A stretch of DNA of 64,000 bases, taken from NCBI RefSeq assembly GCF_009914755.1, contig NC_060933.1. The stretch is one strand, 5' to 3'. Below are positions 1-9,915 of the stretch, piece after piece (within the stretch, counting starts at the first letter, position 1; every line of letters starts with the position of its first letter). The notes under the pieces are model-generated. The model did no database searches. It saw only the letters and a program-made list of their open reading frames with translations, and was not told the origin of the DNA. Position numbers and translations under genes: made by a program. The DNA is from the human T2T-CHM13v2.0 reference genome, Homo sapiens.

Positions 1-3000
1 CCATACAAATGCACCATGTGTAATTACTCCACCACAACTCTGAAAGGGCTAAGAGTCCATCAGCAGCATAAACATTCATTCTGTGACAACTTGCCAAAAT
101 TCGAGGGGCAGCCCTCAAGCCTACCATTGGAAAATGAGACAGACAGCCACCCCTCTTCCAGCAACACTGTGAAGAAAAGTCAGACCTCAATTCTTGGGTT
201 GTCCTCCAAGAACAATTTTGTAGCTAAAGCCTCTAGGAAGCTCGCCAATGACTTTCCTCTAGATTTGTCACCCGTGAAGAAGAGAACCAGGATTGACGAG
301 ATAGCAAGCAACCTTCAGAGCAAAATTAACCAAACCAAACAGCAGGAAGATGCAGTGATCAATGTTGAGGATGATGAAGAGGAAGAGGAAGACAACGAAG
401 TCGAGATAGAGGTTGAGTTGGACAGGGAGGAAGAACCGACAGAACCCATCATAGAGGTTCCCACTTCCTTTTCTGCCCAACAGATATGGGTAAGAGATAC
501 CAGTGAGCCCCAGAAAGAGCCCAACTTCAGAAACATCACCCACGATTACAATGCCACCAATGGGGCTGAGATTGAGCTCACCCTTTCTGAAGATGAAGAG
601 GATTATTATGGCTCCTCAACAAACTTGAAAGATCACCAAGTTTCCAATACTGCTCTGCTGAATACCCAAACTCCCATCTATGGGACTGAGCACAATAGTG
701 AAAACACAGACTTTGGTGACTCTGGAAGGCTTTACTATTGTAAACACTGTGACTTTAACAACAAATCTGCCCGGAGTGTTAGCACCCACTACCAACGAAT
801 GCACCCATACATTAAATTCAGCTTTAGGTACATCTTGGACCCCAATGATCACAGTGCAGTGTACAGGTGCCTGGAATGCTACATCGATTACACCAACTTC
901 GAAGATCTCCAGCAGCATTATGGCGAGCACCACCCAGAAGCCATGAATGTACTCAACTTTGATCACTCGGACCTGATCTACCGGTGTCGGTTTTGTTCAT
1001 ACACGAGCCCGAATGTTAGAAGCCTGATGCCACATTACCAAAGAATGCATCCCACGGTGAAGATCAACAACGCGATGATATTTTCAAGCTATGTCGTGGA
1101 GCAGCAGGAAGGGCTGAATACAGAATCCCAGACCCTGAGGGAGATTCTGAATTCGGCTCCCAAGAACATGGCGACTTCCACACCTGTGGCTCGTGGTGGT
1201 GGTTTGCCAGCTACGTTCAACAAAAACACTCCTAAGACCTTTACTCCTGAATGTGAAAATCAGAAGGACCCTTTGGTCAACACTGTTGTTGTTTATGATT
1301 GTGATGTTTGTTCGTTTGCAAGCCCCAACATGCATTCTGTCTTGGTTCATTATCAGAAGAAACACCCCGAAGAAAAGGCTTCCTACTTTAGGATCCAGAA
1401 AACTATGCGAATGGTGTCTGTGGACAGGGGCTCTGCCCTTTCTCAATTATCATTTGAGGTGGGTGCTCCAATGTCTCCCAAAATGTCCAACATGGGTTCC
1501 CCACCCCCCCCACAACCCCCGCCACCAGACCTCAGTACTGAGCTTTACTACTGCAAACACTGTTCCTACAGCAATCGGTCAGTTGTGGGAGTGCTTGTCC
1601 ACTACCAGAAAAGACACCCAGAAATAAAGGTTACTGCCAAATATATCAGACAGGCTCCTCCCACAGCTGCAATGATGAGAGGGGTCGAAGGGCCCCAAGG
1701 CTCCCCCCGGCCACCCGCCCCCATACAACAGCTGAACCGAAGCAGCTCTGAGAGAGATGGCCCTCCTGTGGAGAATGAGATGTTCTTTTGCCAGCACTGT
1801 GATTATGGGAACCGGACGGTCAAAGGGGTACTCATTCATTATCAGAAGAAGCACCGAGACTTCAAGGCCAATGCAGATGTGATCCGGCAGCATACGGCCA
1901 CCATTCGAAGCCTCTGCGACCGAAATCAGAAGAAGCCTGCCAGCTGCGTGCTTGTCTCCCCCTCTAATCTGGAGCGGGACAAAACGAAACTCCGAGCACT
2001 CAAATGTAGGCAGTGCTCATATACCTCCCCCTACTTCTATGCACTGAGGAAGCATATCAAGAAAGACCACCCCGCCCTGAAAGCCACAGTCACGTCCATC
2101 ATGCGATGGGCATTTCTAGATGGCTTGATAGAAGCTGGCTACCACTGCGAGTGGTGCATCTACTCCCATACGGAGCCCAACGGTTTGCTCCTGCATTACC
2201 AACGGAGGCATCCAGAACACTATGTTGATTACACCTACATGGCTACTAAACTGTGGGCTGGGCCAGACCCATCCCCTCCCTCTCTCACAATGCCAGCCGA
2301 AGCCAAAACCTACAGATGCAGGGACTGTGTTTTCGAAGCTGTTTCCATCTGGGACATCACTAATCACTACCAAGCATTCCACCCCTGGGCCATGAATGGT
2401 GATGAGTCAGTGCTACTGGACATCATCAAGGAGAAAGATGCTGTGGAGAAGCCCATTCTTTCATCCGAAGAGTTGGCAGGCCCTGTGAATTGTGAAAACA
2501 GTATACCCACCCCTTTCCCGGAGCAGGAAGCTGAATGTCCAGAGGATGCAAGACTGTCCCCTGAGAAAAGCCTGCAGCTAGCTTCAGCCAACCCCGCCAT
2601 ATCCTCCACCCCATACCAGTGCACGGTATGCCAATCTGAGTATAACAACTTGCACGGCCTTCTCACTCATTATGGGAAGAAGCACCCTGGCATGAAAGTG
2701 AAGGCTGCTGACTTTGCCCAGGACATTGACATCAACCCAGGTGCCGTCTACAAATGCAGGCATTGCCCATACATCAACACCCGCATCCACGGCGTACTGA
2801 CCCACTACCAGAAGCGACACCCGTCCATCAAGGTGACCGCTGAGGACTTTGTGCACGACGTAGAGCAGTCTGCTGACATATCCCAGAATGACGTGGAGGA
2901 GACGAGCAGGATCTTCAAGCAAGGGTATGGCGCCTACCGGTGCAAACTGTGTCCGTACACACACGGCACTTTGGAGAAACTAAAAATCCACTACGAGAAG

Positions 3001-4053
3001 TATCACAATCAGCCTGAATTTGATGTCTTTTCCCAGTCGCCCCCGAAGCTGCCAGTCCCCCTCGAGCCCGAGATGACCACTGAAGTGAGCCCTTCCCAAG
3101 TCTCCATCACTGAGGAGGAGGTGGGAGAGGAGCCCGTGTCCACTTCTCACTTCTCTACCTCCCACCTGGTCTCCCACACTGTGTTCCGGTGCCAGCTCTG
3201 CAAGTACTTCTGCTCCACGAGGAAGGGGATCGCCAGGCACTACCGCATCAAGCACAATAATGTCCGAGCCCAGCCAGAAGGCAAGAACAACCTCTTCAAG
3301 TGTGCCCTGTGTGCCTACACCAACCCCATCCGCAAAGGTCTGGCAGCCCACTACCAGAAGCGCCACGACATTGATGCGTATTACACTCACTGCTTGGCAG
3401 CCTCCAGGACCATCAGCGACAAGCCCAACAAAGTGATCATCCCATCCCCGCCCAAGGACGACTCCCCTCAGCTGAGCGAGGAACTCCGGCGGGCAGTGGA
3501 GAAGAAAAAGTGCTCCTTGTGCTCTTTCCAGTCGTTCAGCAAGAAGGGCATCGTGTCCCATTACATGAAACGCCACCCAGGGGTGTTCCCAAAGAAGCAG
3601 CACGCCAGCAAGTTGGGGGGCTACTTCACGGCCGTCTATGCAGATGAGCATGAGAAGCCCACACTGATGGAAGAAGAGGAGAGAGGCAACTTTGAGAAAG
3701 CCGAGGTGGAGGGTGAAGCTCAGGAAATCGAGTGGCTCCCATTCCGCTGCATCAAATGCTTCAAGCTGTCCTTTAGCACTGCAGAGCTGCTGTGCATGCA
3801 TTACACTGACCACCACAGTCGGGACCTAAAGAGGGACTTCATCATTCTGGGCAACGGCCCCCGCTTGCAGAACTCCACCTACCAGTGTAAGCACTGTGAT
3901 AGCAAACTGCAAAGCACAGCCGAGCTGACCTCACACTTGAACATTCACAATGAGGAATTCCAGAAGCGTGCCAAACGTCAGGAGAGGAGGAAACAGCTTT
4001 TGAGCAAGCAGAAATATGCAGATGGTGCTTTTGCAGATTTCAAACAAGAGAGG
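1..4053 (+). CDS. ZNF462: ZNF462 large internal coding exon (exon 3, 3' part; begins upstream of the window), 18 C2H2 zinc fingers plus acidic and proline-rich linkers
   Basis: Frame 1 is open from base 1 (PYKCTMCNYS...) through the 1381-aa ORF. Repeated C-x2-C-x12-H-x3/4-H motifs. Protein recognised as ZNF462. Ends at donor AGG|GTAAGG (phase 0); the ORF-track tail VRICFDF... is intron read-through. Confidence 0.97.
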
Positions 4054-4818
4054 GTAAGGATATGTTTTGATTTCCCTTCCCCCAGGAGGCCTCTCATCAC
4101 TGGTGCCCACATGCACTTCTTCGTTGCCAGCCAAACTGCTGCAGGCTTCCTAGTGACTTAGCTTGCCAGAGAGCTCAATAAGTCAATTAAACATTTCGAG
4201 CTTGATTATCTCCCATTCTGTGCTCACCCCTCTCCTTGGTCCCTTCTCCTCCCTCCTTCCCTTTGACTCCTCCCATGGCTCCCCAGGGGAGGTTTGGGGT
4301 GGTTTCTATGTATGTCTTTCTGCCAAGTAGCTTTATCTGAAGCCTAGTTTTACAACAACGCTCGCTCTTTCCTAAGGCAGTGTGGGCTGTCTCTTGGTAC
4401 CATTAGCACTTCTCAGCCATGTCTTGGTCTTCAGTGTTTGCTACATGAACCTAACGTCTCCAGGAGTAGATTTTATTTTATCAAGAAGTTCATTAATGGC
4501 GCAACTATGCAACGTTTCACCTGCCTAGTTGAAACTGGTTTGAAAACCAGATGACTTAGTGGCAGTGACGATGAGCTTCTGCACAGAAATCTTCTCTACT
4601 CACAAGCCGTAATGTATTTGGGTTTCAAAGACTTTGCATAGTAGGCAGCGTGCCATGATGCTGACAAATTTGTTATATAAAAATACTCGCCTATATCTCC
4701 CTTGGTTTTTAACCTGCTAATCGGCTTTAAAATAAAGTATGTTAGTAAACTGCAAGAATAAATTCTGACAATTGAGGGAGGGCTCGGAGTACTGATGGCT
4801 ACCACTGTATTTTACCAG

Positions 4819-4983
4819 CCTTTTGGTCACTTAGAAGAGGTGCCAAAGATCAAGGAGAGGAAAGTGGTGGGCTACAAATGTAAATTCTGTGTGGAAGTGC
4901 ACCCAACGCTCCGAGCCATCTGCAATCACCTCCGAAAGCACGTCCAGTATGGCAATGTCCCAGCTGTGTCAGCTGCTGTGAAG
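4819..4983 (+). CDS. ZNF462: ZNF462 coding exon 4 (165 nt; PFGHLEEVPK...AVSAAVK; one C2H2 finger)
   Basis: Acceptor tattttaccag|CCT, donor AAG|GTGAGA, phase 0/0, in frame with the preceding exon; encodes YKCKFC...HLRKH. Confidence 0.95.
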
Positions 4984-6559
4984 GTGAGAACTGGAAGGTC
5001 TGGATGAGCATTGTGTGTGAGCGATTCGAGTTACTTATTAACCCCATTGCCTAAAGCAGCTCAGGAAAGAGCATCTCAGAATGCGGGCATTCCTGAATTA
5101 TGCTTGGATTGGTTTGGCTTGTTTTGATTTCTTTGCAGGTTGGACCTTCCTCATCTTTCTGTTCAGGGAAAGGTCGAGTTTCGATCTGGTTTCCTTCCAC
5201 GCGGATAGTTTGGTGGCAGCAGAAGGTCCAGGATTCTCGGTCTAGGAGGCTTCGGGTCGTCCTTCTATTCTGCGTTTAGTGCCATTAGCTCTTCGTTCTT
5301 CCAAGTTGCCCGAGCTCTTGAGAGGAATCAAGTGGGTTCTGTTCCCATCATCTTCTGCTCCTCTTTCTTCCTGACTTCTTACTGTTCTCATCTGGCTGAG
5401 GATGCAGAGAGCCTAGGAGAATCTCTTTGTCTTCTTATCCTGGGTCCTCTGGGGACTGCAAGAGACATTAAAACTAAAAGCGTTCAAGTCGCAATTGACC
5501 CTGAAAGCCTTGGTTTGTCTCCTCCATCCCCTCTCCCATATGATGCTGACAAGTGTCTTCCCTTTTCCCTCTGACTTTTATTAGGCCACCTGTTTTGAAC
5601 ATCATAATCCTAATAGCAGCCACCATGTCAGTAACCAAGCCACCATCCCCGTCTTCCAGGATATTGCTAAGCCCTATTATTTATTAAAACAGAAGTCATT
5701 TTGGGGTTCTGCCCTTTCTCTAAGGGTACACGCGAACATATTTTTGTCATCTGCCCTTCTTGAGCTTACATCCTATTTTGCCAATTTAACATGAAGATAA
5801 AGTCTCTACTTTTCTTCACTGAAGACTGAAGCTTTCTGTCTTTTGGCAGAACAGTGGCAACCCAGGGATATCAGCAGTCACTTTCTTTCAGACACCACTG
5901 CGGTGTGTCCCAGGCTCGTTTCCTGGGATCATGTGAGAGAGACAGAAGGGCTTTTCCTGTGTAATCAGTAACCCAAGGAGCTATCTCGAAAAACAGGTGA
6001 CTTAAAACTAGGCTGCTCCTTAATTTTTTGAATTGATTATGCAGCAGTCTCCAGTCATAGAGTGAAGTCACCATCTACAGGGTAGGGGGCAGACAGCGGG
6101 ATCTTTTGCTTTGCTTCCTTTCCAGATAATGGCCCAAGGCTCCTCAATGACCATACTACTTTGCTTTTCTTTCTCTTCCTTTCTTCCTCTCCTTTCTGTG
6201 AGCCACAACCCTAGCCCAACTTTATGTCAACTTAGATGGGGTTGCAGTTTGAATTTTCTTTTAAGATGGGGAAGAAGTGAGTGAAGTGTCTTCAGAGTGG
6301 GAGAAGCCCTTGTTCACATTTCGCAAACAGTAGCAACCTGTGTCCGGGTATGTTGTCCTAAAATCACCTCCACTGCATGAAGAATGGCAGTTGGGCTTGC
6401 TCTCCCTCTAGGGGTAGCTGGAGAGGCAGGGGAGGAAGCTTTGACAAGAAGTGCTGTTGAGTTTGGGAGAATGTAGGGAGAAAAAGAAAGCTGGAGGCAA
6501 TGATGATGGATATTTATTTTGTTGGTGGGGCATGTGTGTGTGTGTGGTTCTCTTAGCAG

Positions 6560-6739
6560 GAGGCGGATGACCCTGCCCACTTGTTCCTGGATGGATTGGA
6601 AGCAGCCAAAGACGCCAGTGGCGCCCTGGTGGGCCGGGTGGATGGTGAACACTGCTTGCTTGATGGAATGTTGGAGGATGAAACCCGGCCGGGGGGATAC
6701 CATTGCAGTCAATGTGACAGAGTCCTGATGTCCATGCAG
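6560..6739 (+). CDS. ZNF462: ZNF462 exon 5 alternative 5' extension (180 nt, 60 aa: EADDPAHLFLDG...YHCSQCDRVLMSMQ)
   Basis: Upstream acceptor gttctcttagcag|GAG; stop-free and in frame with 6740; GC/CpG-rich coding-like composition; supplies the two Cys of a C2H2 finger. Confidence 0.8.
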
Positions 6740-6843
6740 GGGCTGCGTTCTCATGAGAGGAGCCACCTGGCCCTGGCCATGTTTACCCGCGAGGACAAGT
6801 ACAGCTGCCAGTATTGCTCGTTTGTTTCTGCTTTCAGGCACAA
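6740..6843 (+). CDS. ZNF462: ZNF462 coding exon 5, short form (104 nt; GLRSHERSH...SAFRH)
   Basis: Acceptor tccatgcag|GGG, donor CAA|GTAAGT (phase 2). Joins exon 6 to complete the finger YSCQYCSFVSAFRHNLDRHMQTH. Confidence 0.88.
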
Positions 6844-7749
6844 GTAAGTGCTATTGGGGGGTCACTAGTGGTTACTGGGAGATGATGTCATAGTGGAAGG
6901 CACTAAGCTAAAGCAGAAGCTTGGATGAGTAAGAAGGCCCCACTCATGGTTCACACCTGCTGCTATGTTACCTGGAGCCTCAGTCACCTTTTCTGTAAAA
7001 TGGGGCTGAGAACAGGAGATTGATCGGATGGCGTTAGATTTGGCAAATGCAGGCATTTTAAAAATGAGAATTGGAGGAATTGCTATGATTTACCCAAAGG
7101 TAAAATGGCATCTGTGGAGAGTAGATGAGTCTCCTGATTCATCGTTCAAACATTCAGCCAAAATCTAGTCATTGTTTGAGGAAGTAAAGTCCATTTAGAA
7201 AACTGAGTTGCTAAAGAGGTAAAATTAGGACTATTAACCCATGTGACCAAAGAAACATTGCTTGCAATTTTTCAAAAGATCTTGAAAGGTAAAGAAGTTC
7301 ATGGATGCCAAAGAGTTGCTTGACATACAGGGAGATTGAGGAGAGGGAGCTTCCCATTACTCATCACAGCTTTGAAAGTGTAAATATGGAATAGGTGTGT
7401 AAGGCTTTTTGGGGCCATGGAAAGAGGGGTGGTTTTAAGAACAACTTTTTGTTGCCTTTCTCTTTCAGCCGTGTAAAAGAGAGATAAATATTCAATAATG
7501 CGTTTGGACAGTCTTGGATAAAGGTGACTAAGACTGACATGCTTTTTAAAACAATTTTTTTAATGAAATAAATGATGGACTATTTGCTTCTTACAAAAGA
7601 TAAAGGGCCAGTTAGTGGTTGTTGAACAGAAGAAGGAGGTGGTGTTTTCACAGAGGTTAGGATGGGTTGTAAACACTTTATTATTATACAGAGCCTAATA
7701 TCTAATCTTTGTCATCAGATCCATACATTGGCATAAAACTTGAAATACT

Positions 7750-8330
7750 TCAATTCAAGAAGTATTTATTGAACAGCATCTATCACATTGTCTGACGCAC
7801 AGTGGAACTTTAAATAATTGTGAATAAATGAATATATCCTGTCCTAGGTACTGTACTTTTGGGAAATATAAAGACACAGGCCATGGTCTGTGGCCAGGGG
7901 AATTTAGGGTCAAGGGTTGGTTTATGAAATTAAAAAAAAACAAAACAAAACCCACTGACTCATCAAAATAAAGCACGTCTTTGAAAATATCAGTAAAATA
8001 CTATGATGTGTCAAAGAAGAGAAATGTTACATCAGCTTTGGAAGAGTCAGGAAGGTTTTATGGCATAAGGAGCATTTGGGTGAAGTCTTAAAGTAGGAAA
8101 ATAGGACTTGAATAGTTTGGAAAGGACATATGATGTAGAGGAAAAGCTGAGGGAGGAGACCATGAAGCTGACTGGGGCCCTAGCTGGGGGTTCAGTTTGA
8201 CTAATCCTTAAGTTACATGTAAAGGAATAGTGAAAGATAAGGTCTAAATACTTTAAAGGAGACCATATTTGGAGTTTTAAATGCCAGGAAATAGTATTTC
8301 ATAATTTAAATTGCTGGTAAAAGGAAGAGT
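7750..8330 (-). mobile_element. L2 (LINE-2) degraded 3' fragment
   Basis: 'ttcaagaagtatttattgaacagcatcta' matches the reverse complement of the L2 3' tail, followed by purine-rich L2-like sequence; boundaries approximate. Confidence 0.55.
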
Positions 8331-8344
8331 CAAATTAGCAAAAT

Positions 8345-8584
8345 AATTATAATTGCTAACATTTATTGCATCTCACTATATACCAGGCACTGTACTAAGG
8401 GCCTTTAAATATTACTTAATTTCATTCTCAAAACTCTCCTATAAGGTATGGCCCCATTATTATCATCTTATGAATAAGAAGAGTAAAGCCTAGAAAAATT
8501 AAGTAATTTGCCCAAGGACACACAGCCTATATGTAATGGCTGAGATTTTATCCCAGGTAGTCTGACTCCATAGCGTGTGCTCTT
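8345..8584 (-). mobile_element. MIR SINE
   Basis: Reverse-complement MIR hallmarks: 'gctaacatttattg...ccaggcactgt...aagtaatttgcccaaggacacacagc...cccaggtagtctgactcca'. Confidence 0.8.
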
Positions 8585-9796
8585 GAGATGAAAAAAAAAA
8601 AAAAAAAATCCATGGGGGCTGGGGGACAAGGAATTAAGAAGCAATAATAGTAGCTAGTTCAAGAAGTTAGGGAATGATTGAAGGAATGGATTTGCCTGAC
8701 TTGGAAAAATTGACTTCATGCGTGGGATGAGGGACAAAGTAAAATACAAATGGCAACTAGGTTTTCAGTTTACTCATCTGGAAGAAAGGTTAGTGCCATT
8801 TATAGAAACAAGGAAATGAAGAAGAGAATTTGTTTTGTAGAAAACTCTCTGATGGGTTTGTTTAGAACAGGTTGAGTTAAAGAGAACTAAAGGACACCCA
8901 GAGGGAGCTGTCCAGGGGCAATTGAAAATGTTGCTTTGGAGCTCAGGACAGCATTATATGTTGAAATGGTAAGCAGTACCGTTCCCACATGAGGCATTTA
9001 GAAGGGAATTTAGTTCTCTGGAGTGCTGATACAAATTAGAACTTCCCACACCTTGTTTGGTAGATTTATTATTTTTTTAGGCTAATAATTATTATGAAGT
9101 ACTAGGGGTTCGTTGTAATTAAATAACTCCCTTGTAAATTGCTTCTGGAAGACTTACAGCAAACATGGTTGTGTGTATCAGAAGGGATGTGCGGCCTTTT
9201 GACCACGTGGCTCCTTTAAACATGCATGCACTGTGCCTCCATATTAATATAGACCCTGGCAACAAGACAGCCCATTGCAAGAAGGTCAGCCACTTCGAAA
9301 CCTCCCTTCCTCACTCTAGTGTTCACAATGAAAGTAGAATTAGAATTCAAAAAGAAAGTCAGCTCTTTTCAAATGCTAAATTTCTCTAATTCCCATTCTG
9401 TTATTTGAATAAGTTAGAGGACTAATTGATAGGCACTCTCACTGGCTTGGCAGGAAGCTTGAATTCACCCATATTGTACCTTCTCTTTAGATACACTCTT
9501 CCAATGATCAGAGCTCTAAGAAGGGACAATAAAGATTCTTACCATGACCTGTTACCACTGCCATATCTCTAAATCCAAAAAAAACTCTTGATCTCTTCCT
9601 TTAGCTTCCTGTCCTCTTAGAGTAGGTACAACTCTTGAAAATTAATTAATTAAATTGATAAATGCCATTATTGGAAAGTAAACAAAAGGACTTTGAACGA
9701 CCTAGAAGTAGGATTCCTGGAAAAAAAGCAATGAGCAAATCCTCTATGCAATTTTTAATTTTGTCATTTTTCTTTTTGTTTTCCTTCTACATCAAG

Positions 9797-9915
9797 TTTG
9801 GATCGCCATATGCAAACCCACCACGGACACCATAAACCATTCCGATGCAAACTCTGCTCCTTCAAGTCCTCCTATAACAGCCGGCTGAAAACACATATAC
9901 TCAAAGCTCATGCTG
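9797..9915 (+). CDS. ZNF462: ZNF462 coding exon 6 (119 nt; LDRHMQTHHGHHKPFRCKLC...HILKAHA)
   Basis: Long polypyrimidine tract ending atcaag|T (AAG acceptor), donor CTG|GTGAGT; phases 2/1 fit both neighbours. Not in the ORF track. Confidence 0.93.

Noticed and set aside
16-18. ATG given as the start of the 1381-aa ORF
   Set aside because: The frame is open from base 1 and the Met lies inside a zinc finger (YKCTMC); the real start is upstream of the window.
2980-3816. 278-aa antisense ORF and other ORFs overlapping exon 3
   Set aside because: Expected shadow of a GC3-rich coding exon; no recognisable protein features.
6314-6841. 175-aa antisense ORF over exon 5
   Set aside because: Mostly the shadow of the extended exon 5; no independent coding signal.
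8591-8608. A18 run (also A17 at 45881-45897)
   Set aside because: Simple homopolymers with no attached retro-element; relevant only as oligo-dT mis-priming sites.
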